Below the pieces are notes generated by a model. It did not search any database and was not told where the DNA came from. It saw only the letters and a program-made list of their open reading frames with translations. The translations under genes and the position numbers were made by a program. Shown in pieces: positions 18,725 through 28,241 of a DNA stretch of 64,000 nt. Position 1 is the stretch's first letter. Every line of letters starts with the position of its first letter. Source of the DNA: SAR202 cluster bacterium bin22 (GTDB lineage Bacteria; Chloroflexota; Dehalococcoidia; Lucifugimonadales; UBA3495); contig MPMM01000003.1 of NCBI GenBank assembly GCA_002238505.1, positions 141,864-205,863 on the forward strand, in the 5' to 3' direction.

Positions 18725-19519
18725 ATGTTTGTAACGCTTGACGACGGTTGCCAGCTTTTCTACAAGGTGGATGACTTTACGGATCCCTGGGATGACGCGG
18801 AAACCGTGGTACTCCATCACGGAATGGCCAAGAACCACAAACTCTGGTACGCGTGGATTCCCATAATCGCGCGGCACTACCGGGTGGTTAGATTCGACAT
18901 GCGGGGAATGGGCCAATCCTCTGTTCCGGATCCGGGTTATCCCTGGTCGGTGGATAATTTCGCTGCAGACTTGGGACAGCTTCTGGATAGACTGGAGCTG
19001 GAAAGGGTGCACCTGGTAGGCGAAACGGTCGGCGGTTCCATATCAATGCGGTTTGCCACGCTTCATCAGGAACGCCTGCTGACCTTGACCGCCTGTACTT
19101 CACCCACCAGCTTCGACGATCCACATCATGCAGAGAGCGCCGACCTGATTGAGCGCGAAGGGGTATCAGCCTGGGTGGATAACACCATCGGTCGCCGCCT
19201 GGACCCCCAGATAGTGCCTCCAGAATATACCCGTTGGTATGCTTCCCAGATGTCGGTTACTCCTGCCCACGTGGTAGGCGGATTCCAGCGTAATGCCTCT
19301 GGAGACCTGCGCCCGCTCCTGGGCCAGGTCAATACCCCCGTCTTGATTCTCGCCGCCGCCAGTCTCAGGGAAGAAGTCCTGGGCGACTTTCGAGACGCCG
19401 CAGATATCTTCCCCAACGGTCGCCGCGTAGTTTTTCCCGGGGTGTCCGGATTCGTACAGCATGTCCTGCCGGTCCCCTGCGCCAGGGTCTGGCTGGACTT
19501 TGCCCAAAGCCAGCGCTAG
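18725..19519 (+). CDS. Alpha/beta hydrolase fold protein (atypical nucleophile elbow GETVG)
   Basis: HHGMAKNHKLW oxyanion region and RFDMRGMGQS. The elbow reads HLVGETVGGS, with Thr where Ser is expected. Confidence 0.75.
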   Translation: MFVTLDDGCQLFYKVDDFTDPWDDAETVVLHHGMAKNHKLWYAWIPIIARHYRVVRFDMRGMGQSSVPDPGYPWSVDNFAADLGQLLDRLELERVHLVGETVGGSISMRFATLHQERLLTLTACTSPTSFDDPHHAESADLIEREGVSAWVDNTIGRRLDPQIVPPEYTRWYASQMSVTPAHVVGGFQRNASGDLRPLLGQVNTPVLILAAASLREEVLGDFRDAADIFPNGRRVVFPGVSGFVQHVLPVPCARVWLDFAQSQR

Positions 19520-19541
19520 CAGTACAGGAAGGAATACAACA

Positions 19542-20963
19542 ATGCCTGACTCTTTGAGCCGAAGTCTGGCTCGTTTTGTGGATAATCTCCAGTTCGACAA
19601 TTTGCCGCCCGAGGTCCCCGACAAGGTAAAGACTTCCCTCCTGCACGGACTGCTGGGCGCTTTTCTGGGCGCTGAAACTACTCACGCCAAATCCTCCATA
19701 GAACTGGTGAAACTGGAGGAAGGCAGGGCCGATGGGGCCACCATCTTGGTGGATGGCGCCAGGGCTACCCGGTGCGGTGCAGCTTTCGCCAACAGCAAGC
19801 TGATGCACGCCACCAACCAGTCCGATTCTTACCGGATGTTGATCCACCCGGGACCCTGCGTAATTCCGGCCGCCCTGGCTACAGCGCAGATTGAACGACG
19901 CACCGGGAGGGAACTCATTACCGCCCTGGCAGCCGGATACGAAGTTGAGGCCCGCATTGCCGGGGACTTTATTCCCTCTACTCAGGCGCGGGGTTTCCGC
20001 TCCAGCCCGGTTTACGGCACCCTGGGTGCAGCTGTGGCGACTGCCAAGTTGCTCCGGCTGAACGTGGACCAACTGGTTACGACCCTGGCCCTTGCCTGCA
20101 CCTTTGCCGGCGGCACCACCGAGGGTCCCCGGTCCGGTGGAAGGGAGATGCTTTTCCACGAGCCCAACGCCACCCGCAACGGCATTATGGCGGCCTTGCT
20201 GGCCCGGGAGCAGGTTCGCGGATCGGAAACCGCCCTTGAGGGCGCTGCCGGCTTTTACAATGCCTTCACCGGGAACAACCGGGGGCATTTGTCCTATGTA
20301 TTCGCCGGTCCGGAACAGGTTTCGTTTGATAGTGTAGTCTCGGAATTGGGCGAGAGGTGGGAGTTGCTTCACGTCACTCCCAAGCTCTATCCCACCGCAG
20401 GATACAACTGCCCCGTTATTGAGCTAATGTCTGAGATGCGGGCATCCCACAATTTGCCTGTCGGAGAAATCGAAAAAATTACAGTTGACATGAACTGGCT
20501 TGAGACCACTTACCCGTCACCTGCTTTCCCCAATCCCGAGCGCAGCGCCGACGCGCCGGCAGTGGGCAGCACCCACTATTTCACTGCCTATACCTGCGTC
20601 AAGGGAAACTATCCGCCGCTGCGCAACCGCATAGACCCCGGTGACGGCTCCTCGGAAGAGGACGCTACGGTGCTGGACCTGATGAAGAAGGTCGAAGTTG
20701 TGGGACATCGCAACCGGCAGGCATTTGCTCCCCGCATCACTGTTTCCCTTTCTGGCGGTACCGAATATATGGGCGAGTACCGGGGCAACGAACTTGAGTG
20801 GAACTTTGCCACCGAACTGCGGAGGGTCCGTCCCCTGTTTGACGAGATGCCCTGGCCCAACGAGAACCTGGATGGCGTTTCCCAGATTGTGTCCGGTCTG
20901 GAAATTGAAACAAGGATGGACCACTTGATTGCCCAGTGCGTCAGGCTGGATGGATTAACCTAG
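19542..20963 (+). CDS. MmgE/PrpD family protein
   Basis: The N-terminus LARFVDNLQFDNLPPEV is typical of the family, and the length is about 473 aa. I moved the start to Met28 of ORF 19461. Confidence 0.85.
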   Translation: MPDSLSRSLARFVDNLQFDNLPPEVPDKVKTSLLHGLLGAFLGAETTHAKSSIELVKLEEGRADGATILVDGARATRCGAAFANSKLMHATNQSDSYRMLIHPGPCVIPAALATAQIERRTGRELITALAAGYEVEARIAGDFIPSTQARGFRSSPVYGTLGAAVATAKLLRLNVDQLVTTLALACTFAGGTTEGPRSGGREMLFHEPNATRNGIMAALLAREQVRGSETALEGAAGFYNAFTGNNRGHLSYVFAGPEQVSFDSVVSELGERWELLHVTPKLYPTAGYNCPVIELMSEMRASHNLPVGEIEKITVDMNWLETTYPSPAFPNPERSADAPAVGSTHYFTAYTCVKGNYPPLRNRIDPGDGSSEEDATVLDLMKKVEVVGHRNRQAFAPRITVSLSGGTEYMGEYRGNELEWNFATELRRVRPLFDEMPWPNENLDGVSQIVSGLEIETRMDHLIAQCVRLDGLT

Positions 20964-21194
20964 AGAATGTTCGGAGACTCTTTCCCCATTGCCTCGGGAT
21001 GTCCAGTATGGGGATGACATATAGCCGGATGTCGCCTTACAGTGAACCAACCTTGTCGGGACAATTCTCCGGGGATGCCTTGCAGTTCCCACCCTGCGTT
21101 CACCCATTGGCCGTCTCCCACCATGTTTTTGACCCACAGCGGGCGCACACCTTGGCCGTGTCAGCGCCCTGCGATAGCCACAGGTAAGCCTCAG

Positions 21195-22172
21195 ATGCTC
21201 TCAAACCTGCGCCGTTCCAATGTGCCGGCAGCTGCCAGGCTTGTTATTTGCAGACTCGTCCTCTTCCCGGCTTTGATTGCGCTTCTGCTGGCCTTGACCG
21301 CTTGTTTTTCTCCCGGCGCCGGTAACGACGATATTCCCGACCTGGGCGGACCCCAATACAGCGCCTTAATGGTCAGTTCCGACCTGGCCAAGGGTTCTAA
21401 CCGCCTCATTTTCGCCCTCGTAGATCGCAACAACGTCCCCGTATCCGCTGACACCGCGACCGTGGTCCCAATGTACTCTCCACCAGGCGGCGCTGACCCA
21501 GAGCTAAAGGAGGCAATAACGGCCCATTTCCTTTCCTGGCCTCCCGAAGGCAGCGGAAGGGGCGTATTTGTCGCTGAAATTGAATTTGACATTGCTGGCG
21601 ATGCCACCAGGCAGCACCCCGGCCTTTGGGAGTTAAAGGTGTCTGCCACTGACTCGGATGGCGATTCCGTAGAAGCTACAACCGCTGTCAGGGTTGCCGC
21701 TATTCCGGCAACCCCGGGCATCGGAACGCCCGCACCCCGTAGTGTGACTCCAACATTGGATCAGGTTGATGACCTGGCCGAAATCTCGAGTGATCCCAAC
21801 CCCGACCCCGGGTTTTATCAATTGTCGGTTGCCGAGGCCCTGGATGAAGAAGTACCCCTGGTAGTCCTGTTTTCGACCCCCGCCTTTTGCGTAAGCGCGA
21901 CCTGCGGGCCCCAACTCGAGGTGCTGCAGAATCTCAAAGAGCGGTACGATGGTAAGGCGAACTTCATCCACGTAGAAGTCTTTGAAGACCCGCACCTGAT
22001 CGAAGGGAACCGCTTTGCGGCAAAGAAAGTTCCGGCAGTGGATGAATGGGGGTTGCCCAGCGAACCCTGGACCTTTGTTGTGGACCAGGACGGATTGGTG
22101 CAAGCCAAATTTGAACAGTTCACCCCGGAGTCCCTTCTGGACGAAACGCTTTCAAGATTGCTCGGGATCTGA
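21195..22172 (+). CDS. Lipoprotein with an N-terminal beta-sandwich-like region and a C-terminal thioredoxin-like domain (CX4C)
   Basis: Signal peptide with lipobox LALTAC after Met52 of ORF 21042. The C-terminal segment VVLFSTPAFCVSATCGPQLEVL resembles TlpA/Sco-type folds. Confidence 0.6.
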   Translation: MLSNLRRSNVPAAARLVICRLVLFPALIALLLALTACFSPGAGNDDIPDLGGPQYSALMVSSDLAKGSNRLIFALVDRNNVPVSADTATVVPMYSPPGGADPELKEAITAHFLSWPPEGSGRGVFVAEIEFDIAGDATRQHPGLWELKVSATDSDGDSVEATTAVRVAAIPATPGIGTPAPRSVTPTLDQVDDLAEISSDPNPDPGFYQLSVAEALDEEVPLVVLFSTPAFCVSATCGPQLEVLQNLKERYDGKANFIHVEVFEDPHLIEGNRFAAKKVPAVDEWGLPSEPWTFVVDQDGLVQAKFEQFTPESLLDETLSRLLGI

Positions 22173-22179
22173 ACCTGCT

Positions 22180-22488
22180 TCAATCCTCCAGCTTTAAGGC
22201 AATCAGTAAGTCTCCGCGCTTTTCGTAAGTAACCAGCAGAGACTGCCCAAATAACTGGTGCTCGCGAACGTGGGAAGGCGTGAAACCGATAAATCCCTCG
22301 GTCTTGAACTCATACTCCCTTCCCTCATCATCACGAATTCTCAACACTTCCAGTTCTGAGAAGCTTCTTGGAACGGCTTCAACTACCTGACCGCGCACCT
22401 GGTGGGAACCGCCCGTGTCACAGCCACTGCCAAGCAGCAAAGACATGGCGACAACAAGGGAAGTGGTGGCGAGCAATACGCTGGGCAT
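22180..22488 (-). CDS. Small hypothetical lipoprotein
   Basis: 102 aa with signal peptide and lipobox LLLGSGC. It lies downstream of the ABC-2 permease on the same strand. Confidence 0.5.
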   Translation of the reverse strand: MPSVLLATTSLVVAMSLLLGSGCDTGGSHQVRGQVVEAVPRSFSELEVLRIRDDEGREYEFKTEGFIGFTPSHVREHQLFGQSLLVTYEKRGDLLIALKLED

Positions 22489-22548
22489 AAAGCTCCAGGA
22501 GAAAGTGTCGGAGCCGAATTAGGCAGAAGGGAACGGACCCAAAGAAGT

Positions 22549-23667
22549 TTAACTGAACCGGAAAACTCGCACAGCAACCACGGAGGTTGCCACCAGCCAG
22601 CCGGCAAGCCAGGCCAACTGCTGCCAGACCTCCCAAATGTTGGCTCCATGAAGTCCGATGTCCCTCAAGGCAGTAATCATGGGCGCCAGGGGCAGGGCAT
22701 CTGCCACATATGGAAGCAGCCAGGGCAAAGCCGACGTGGAAAAGAACGTGCCGGCAAAGAACATCATCGGCAGTGACACTACGTTGCCCATGCCCGATGC
22801 TGCCGCAGGTGTATTCGCCCATGCCGAAACGATAAAACCTATGTTCAGGAACACCAGGCTTCCCAGGATTATTATCGGCAGCATGTGGATAACGCTCCCC
22901 ACAAGCTCGGCCCTGAAGACGAAAACCCCAACCCCAAGTATGACTGCCGCCTGGATGACGGCCAGCGCCAGCTGGGCAATTACCTCGGCGGCGAAGAATT
23001 TCCATATGGCCAGCGGGGTTACCAGCATCCGCTTCAAGATGGAGAGATTTCGATAGTTACTAATGTGGACAGCAATGGAAATGATGGCATGGGACATTAT
23101 GCCCATACCCACCAGTCCCAGCAAGACTACGTCAAAATAAGGCGCCGAACAGGTTTCGATCCTTTCGGTAATCAGCTGGTCTGGCCTTTCCTCGGGCGGC
23201 TTCCCCTGCGTAACGGTGTCAATGCCCCGCCGTAAGACATTGGCCACAAACTGGTTTCGTTCCTCGCTCTCTCCCCCAGTTACCAGGGTAACCAGGGCCG
23301 CGCCGTCCACCTGCCCCGCTGCAGGATTGCCGGAGGGTTCTTCTCCGTCAATAGTCCCTGCGCCAAAACCGGCGGGTATCGCCACCAGGAAATCCAGGTC
23401 TCCTTCTTCCACGGCCTTCCGACCCGCTTCCAGGCTTGTTGGCGGGTCGTCAAGTTGGATCAGCCCCGCCTCGCTCAGCGATTCCGCCACCTGGCGTGAC
23501 GCAGCATTGTCGGCCAAATCAAGGACCGCGACGTTTGAGGAGGCAAAGGAATTGAAGTCAAAAAGGCCAAATACAGCCACCATAATCAGGGGGAAGAACA
23601 GCGCCCAGAAGGTGGTCTGGCGGTTCCTGGCCATCATCTTCAGGTTTGCAATGGTTAAGGCCAGCAC
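22549..23667 (-). CDS. ABC-2 type transporter permease
   Basis: 372 aa: an N-terminal TM helix, a large extracytoplasmic loop and 5 C-terminal TM helices. It lies 2 nt after the ATPase gene. Confidence 0.8.
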   Translation of the reverse strand: MLALTIANLKMMARNRQTTFWALFFPLIMVAVFGLFDFNSFASSNVAVLDLADNAASRQVAESLSEAGLIQLDDPPTSLEAGRKAVEEGDLDFLVAIPAGFGAGTIDGEEPSGNPAAGQVDGAALVTLVTGGESEERNQFVANVLRRGIDTVTQGKPPEERPDQLITERIETCSAPYFDVVLLGLVGMGIMSHAIISIAVHISNYRNLSILKRMLVTPLAIWKFFAAEVIAQLALAVIQAAVILGVGVFVFRAELVGSVIHMLPIIILGSLVFLNIGFIVSAWANTPAAASGMGNVVSLPMMFFAGTFFSTSALPWLLPYVADALPLAPMITALRDIGLHGANIWEVWQQLAWLAGWLVATSVVAVRVFRFS

Positions 23668-23669
23668 CG

Positions 23670-24617
23670 CTAATCCCTCAGCTCATTTCCCGTCAATTCC
23701 AGGAACACGTCCTCCAGGGTGGCCGGCTGGATTTCCAGGTGCTTGAGGGAGATTCCGCTCCGTACAATTCCGTCCAGAGCCTGGTTCAGGGATTCAGGAT
23801 TCCTGTCCAGCCTGAGGATGTAGGAATTGGCTGACGTTGGCTGGATTAACGGGTCCACTGCCAGTGTTTGCAGGCTGCCGCCCTTTTTGAGCGCGTGGCA
23901 CTGGCCATCACTCAGGGGCCGGTCGGTCTGCAGCTTCACGGTGTAGGTTGTATCTATTCGGCTGATCAAGTTGCCGGGTGTATCTATTGCCACGATACGC
24001 CCGTGGTCCATTATCGCCAGGCGCTGGCAAAGCAACTCGGCTTCTTCCATATAGTGGGAAGTCAGGACCACAGTCACATTCCGGGCGTGGATTTCCGAAA
24101 TCAAGTCCCACAGGTTGTGACGGGCCTGTGGGTCCAGCCCCGTGGTCGGCTCATCCAGGATGACCAGTTCAGGATCATTGACCAGGCTGGCAGCGACGGT
24201 AAATCTCTGACTCTGGCCAATTGAAAGCTGGTTAATCCGGCTGTTGGCGCGGTCAGCCAGCCCCACCAGGGCAAGCAGTTCATCCGGAGGAAGTCGCCTG
24301 GGATAGAAACTGCCAAGCAGATTCAGAATTTCCCGGAGGTTCAGATAGCTGAAGTAGGCTGAGGACTGAAGCTGGACTCCAATCCTGGCCTTGATAGGGC
24401 GGGGTTCCTTGAGGATATCTTTTCCCAGGACTGTGACTTGACCCGATGTGGGCCGTTGCAGGCCCTCTATAATCTCCAGGGTAGTGGTCTTTCCGGCGCC
24501 ATTGGGGCCGAGAATACCAAAAACTTCGCCTTCACTTACGTCGAAGGAAACATCGTCCACGGCGGCAAAATCGCCGTACCGCTTGACCAGTCCTTCTACC
24601 CGAATTGCCTTTGACAT
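23670..24617 (-). CDS. ABC transporter ATP-binding protein (DrrA/ABC-2 type)
   Basis: Walker A GPNGAGKTT, signature LSIGQSQR and Walker B LVILDEPTTGLD. Confidence 0.9.
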   Translation of the reverse strand: MSKAIRVEGLVKRYGDFAAVDDVSFDVSEGEVFGILGPNGAGKTTTLEIIEGLQRPTSGQVTVLGKDILKEPRPIKARIGVQLQSSAYFSYLNLREILNLLGSFYPRRLPPDELLALVGLADRANSRINQLSIGQSQRFTVAASLVNDPELVILDEPTTGLDPQARHNLWDLISEIHARNVTVVLTSHYMEEAELLCQRLAIMDHGRIVAIDTPGNLISRIDTTYTVKLQTDRPLSDGQCHALKKGGSLQTLAVDPLIQPTSANSYILRLDRNPESLNQALDGIVRSGISLKHLEIQPATLEDVFLELTGNELRD

Positions 24618-24752
24618 GATAGTATGTGAAGTATATCACAATATCTTCCTGAGGCACTCTTATCCCCAGTGTCTCAATAGGATGCCGAGGTCAGGTCGGG
24701 CGGCGTGGCAAGCTACGGAGAAACCGGTAATCCTGCCAACCCACAACCCATA

Positions 24753-25811
24753 ATGTCGGGCGGAAGCGATGGTCGCTGGTTGCGGCGTTTCGCTGTATCG
24801 TCTGTCATCGCTACCTTTGTACTGATAGTGCTCGGCGGCGTGGTTCGGGTAACCGGTTCGGGACTGGGTTGCGGGGGTGAATGGCCCCTCTGTGACGGAA
24901 GCCTGATTCCTCCCCTTACCAAGGAAGACATTATCGAATACAGTCACCGCCTGGTAGCCTCCGCCATAGTCGGACCCCTGGTGGCCGTAACCTTCCTGAT
25001 TGCCCTTCTGAAGTACCGGCGCGTTCTGTCCGTGCTGGTACCGGCCGCAATTTCACTGGTGTTGCTCCTGGTGCAGGCCGGGTTGGGAGGCGTAACCGTA
25101 TTGACCGAACTGCCCGGGCATGTTGTCGCGGCCCACATGGCCCTGGCCCAGGGTCTCCTGGCTTGCCTGATTCTAACCGCAGTAGCCACCTTGTACTCAA
25201 AAGATTCTTCCGGCATTAACCACACCAATTTGGATACTCCCGGAAAGCCCCGGCACTCCAGCATTCGGGAAGCGCCACAGCGTTCCGGCACAGCTGGTTT
25301 TGCGGTTTTGGCGGCGGTGGCAGCCTTCGCCACTTATGCCATGCTCCTTTCCGGATCCTATGTTACGGCGACTCCCGGCGCGCTGGCAGCCTGCCCTCAG
25401 TGGCCCCTTTGCGGGGGCTCTTTCTGGCCCTCTGACACGCTGCAATTGATTCACATGCTTCACCGGGTGGTGGCCGCAATAGTTGGGGTACTTCTCCTTT
25501 ATACCCTCCACAAGGGATACCGACTGGGGCTGAGCAGGTTGTCTTCCGGCGAATCGGCCTTGATGGTATTCTGCGCCCTGGGAGCGGCGCTTTTCCTTTC
25601 CCAGGTGTTTATTGGGGCAGTCGCGATCTGGACCCATTTCCCGGTTACCATTCGCGCAATTCATATCGGGCTGGCCACCGGCGTCTGGGGTGTAATAGTG
25701 ACCGTCGCGCTGATCAGTCGCCACTTGGAAGGGACCGACCTGGTCGTTTCCGGTGAGTCTCACTCATTTCCGGATACGGGGTCGGCTGCCGCCGGACCCG
25801 AATCAGCCTGA
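24753..25811 (+). CDS. ctaA: Haem A synthase (COX15/CtaA)
   Basis: Polytopic protein with GGVVRVTGSGLGCGGEWPLC, conserved His-containing helices (EYSHRL, HMLHRV) and a second Cys pair CPQWPLC. The start is ambiguous: GTG 24705 or ATG 24753. Confidence 0.85.
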   Translation: MSGGSDGRWLRRFAVSSVIATFVLIVLGGVVRVTGSGLGCGGEWPLCDGSLIPPLTKEDIIEYSHRLVASAIVGPLVAVTFLIALLKYRRVLSVLVPAAISLVLLLVQAGLGGVTVLTELPGHVVAAHMALAQGLLACLILTAVATLYSKDSSGINHTNLDTPGKPRHSSIREAPQRSGTAGFAVLAAVAAFATYAMLLSGSYVTATPGALAACPQWPLCGGSFWPSDTLQLIHMLHRVVAAIVGVLLLYTLHKGYRLGLSRLSSGESALMVFCALGAALFLSQVFIGAVAIWTHFPVTIRAIHIGLATGVWGVIVTVALISRHLEGTDLVVSGESHSFPDTGSAAAGPESA

Positions 25812-25835
25812 AGGGATTACTGGAGGGTCAGCAAG

Positions 25836-26795
25836 ATGGCCATAACCGAACATCGTGACCCTGCGGAACCCAATTTGCCCGGCATTCCAGAGGGCGAAGT
25901 GGGCAGACGTACTCCTATTGCGGTTGTAAATGACTACATCACGCTGACCAAGCCTCCCATAATCCTCCTCTTGCTGGTGACGGCGGCGGGAGGAATGTTC
26001 CTTGCCCAGGCGCATACGGCAGCGGGCGGGCTGCCGTCCCTGTACTTGATGGCCCTGGTTTGGGTGGGAGGCGCCCTGGCCTCGGGGGGCGCCAATGCCC
26101 TCAACCACCACTACGACCGTGACATTGACCTCGTCATGCGGCGCACCCGGCAACGGCCGGTTGCCAGCAACCGCATATCCCCCACCAAGGCCTTCCTCTT
26201 CGGGATCGTCCTCAACGTTGTCGCGTTTGCGATTCTGGCCTTATGGGTAAACCTGTTGGCTGCTGGTCTAACCCTGTCAGCCACCCTTTTCTATGTATTG
26301 ATCTACACCCGGTGGCTCAAGAGAAGCACTCCCCACAACATCGTCATTGGAGGGGCCGCTGGCGCTATCCCGCCCATGGTCGGCTGGGCCGCCGTGACGG
26401 GCACCGTTGAACTGCCGGCAGTGTATCTCTTTGCCCTGGTGTTCTTCTGGACTCCTCCCCATTTCTGGGCCCTGTCGCTGCTGATTCAGAAGGACTACGA
26501 GGAAGCCAACGTTCCCATGCTGCCGGTGGTGTCTTCCCGCAACTTCACCGTATCCACCATCTTCCTCTATACCTTGGTGCTGGTGGGTGTAACCCTGATG
26601 TTCGCTCTCACCGATGCCGTGGGATGGATTTATGGCGGTTCGGCCCTGGCCCTGGGCGCCATATTCACCTGGATGGCATGGCGTCTTAGACAAGACGAGA
26701 GCACCGCCAATGCCCGGAAGCTTTACCTGTATTCCCTGCTGTATCTGGGGCTGCTGTTTGTTGCAGTCATGGTCGGCGCTGCCACGGGGTATTAG
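25836..26795 (+). CDS. ctaB: Protohaem IX farnesyltransferase (haem O synthase)
   Basis: UbiA-type motifs NHHYDRDIDLVMRRTRQRP and TPPHFWAL. GGAGGG lies upstream. Confidence 0.9.
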   Translation: MAITEHRDPAEPNLPGIPEGEVGRRTPIAVVNDYITLTKPPIILLLLVTAAGGMFLAQAHTAAGGLPSLYLMALVWVGGALASGGANALNHHYDRDIDLVMRRTRQRPVASNRISPTKAFLFGIVLNVVAFAILALWVNLLAAGLTLSATLFYVLIYTRWLKRSTPHNIVIGGAAGAIPPMVGWAAVTGTVELPAVYLFALVFFWTPPHFWALSLLIQKDYEEANVPMLPVVSSRNFTVSTIFLYTLVLVGVTLMFALTDAVGWIYGGSALALGAIFTWMAWRLRQDESTANARKLYLYSLLYLGLLFVAVMVGAATGY

Positions 26796-26894
26796 GGCAG
26801 ACGGTCAATATGACCTTCAATTGCAAGGGGAGTCGTTGCCATAAGGCTGTTGTCATAACAGATTTGAAAGGACGTTCGACGGCTTCAAATTTCG

Positions 26895-26923
26895 TTGACA
26901 GTGAAAAGAGCCTGTGGTAATGT
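26895..26923 (+). promoter_or_regulatory. Candidate promoter of the coxBACD genes
   Basis: TTGACA (26895-26900), a 17-nt spacer, then TAATGT (26918-26923). Confidence 0.4.
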
Positions 26924-27070
26924 CTTGCATTAGTGAAATTTTGCACATACTCTACGTTCAAGTTCGCGGATAAGTAGAAACAAGGGAGTTGGCAAATGGG
27001 GCTTTTGCCCTTCCGAGGCGAAGAATCCCGGACCCAGCGGGCCAGGGATAAGAAAGGCAACACCACTCAT

Positions 27071-28189
27071 ATGTCCAAGCGGCTTTCCATTTCACGCAAA
27101 CACCTCCTTCTCCTGGGCCTGACGGCTATTCTCCTTCTGGTGATGGCCTGCGCCCCGGATGCCAAGCAATCCACTTTTGGTACCTCTGGGCCGGTTGCGG
27201 AAAAGCAGCTATTGCTCTTCAACGTCCTGCTGTGGGTCATGGTGGCTGTGTTCATCCTTGTTGAAGGCGTCCTCCTGTACGCCGTCATCAAGTTCCGCCG
27301 CCGCCCGGGGCAGACCGAGTTGCCTCCCCAGACTCACGGCCATACTGCCCTTGAAATTACCTGGACCATCATTCCCACCATACTGATCCTTGGTTTGGGT
27401 ATCTGGTCCACTATTACCCTGTTTGAACTTGACCAGCCTCCCGCCGGAGCCGACACCCTTGAGGTAACTGCGGTCGGCCACCAGTGGTGGTGGGAGTTCG
27501 AGTATCCGGACGCCGACGGCAACGGCAAGCGCATTACCACGGCCAACGAACTCCGCATTCCAGTGGACAAGGCCATACGAATTAATCTCCGCAGCGATGA
27601 CATTATTCACAGCTTCTGGGTGCCCAAGCTGGCGGGTAAGGTGGACGTGGTCCCCACTCGTGAAAACTATATGTGGTTCCAGGCTGACGAAACCGGCATC
27701 TTCTACGGTCAGTGCGCCGAGTTCTGCGGCACCGCTCATGCCCAGATGAGATTCCTGGTCCAGGTATTGCCCCAGGAAGACTACCTCGCCTGGGCCGAGG
27801 GATTCGGAGAGGCTCCCGTACTGTCGGCGCAGGCGCAGGCCGGTCAAACGGTCTTTAACGGTACCGGTGGTTGCGTGGTTTGCCACACCGCCAACGGGTC
27901 CGATTCGGATGCGGTGGTTGCCGGTCGCGTGCAGGGATTCATGACCAGCGACACCGGAATCGCCCCGGGTCCCAATTTGACTGACCTGGCGACGCGTGTG
28001 CGGTTCGGCGCTGGAATTGTGGATTTGAACCGGCAAAACCTGAGGCAATGGCTCAGGGACCCCGAAACAGTTAAACCTGGCAACTATATGTCTGAAAGAG
28101 CTGCGATTTATCAGACCGCCGACGGGCGCGCCAGCCTGAGCGAGTCCGATATCTCTTCGTTGCTGGAATACTTGCTTAGCCTAAAGTAA
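27071..28189 (+). CDS. coxB: Cytochrome c oxidase subunit II with a C-terminal cytochrome c domain (caa3-type)
   Basis: CuA motif CAEFCGTAHAQM and haem c motif CVVCH. A lipoprotein-type signal (LLLVMAC) follows Met26 of ORF 26996. The alternative start at 26996 has a better Shine-Dalgarno sequence. Confidence 0.9.
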   Translation: MSKRLSISRKHLLLLGLTAILLLVMACAPDAKQSTFGTSGPVAEKQLLLFNVLLWVMVAVFILVEGVLLYAVIKFRRRPGQTELPPQTHGHTALEITWTIIPTILILGLGIWSTITLFELDQPPAGADTLEVTAVGHQWWWEFEYPDADGNGKRITTANELRIPVDKAIRINLRSDDIIHSFWVPKLAGKVDVVPTRENYMWFQADETGIFYGQCAEFCGTAHAQMRFLVQVLPQEDYLAWAEGFGEAPVLSAQAQAGQTVFNGTGGCVVCHTANGSDSDAVVAGRVQGFMTSDTGIAPGPNLTDLATRVRFGAGIVDLNRQNLRQWLRDPETVKPGNYMSERAAIYQTADGRASLSESDISSLLEYLLSLK

Positions 28190-28241
28190 ACTCTAGCTGT
28201 AGATTCATTTACAGGGTGGAACGGAGCCGCGGAGGCAACAA

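Noticed and set aside
26996-27070. A longer CoxB N-terminus starting at 26996, which has the better Shine-Dalgarno sequence
   Set aside because: It would put 25 extra, mostly charged, residues in front of an otherwise ideal lipoprotein signal peptide (MSKRLSISRKHLLLLGLTAILLLVMAC). I prefer 27071 but cannot exclude 26996.
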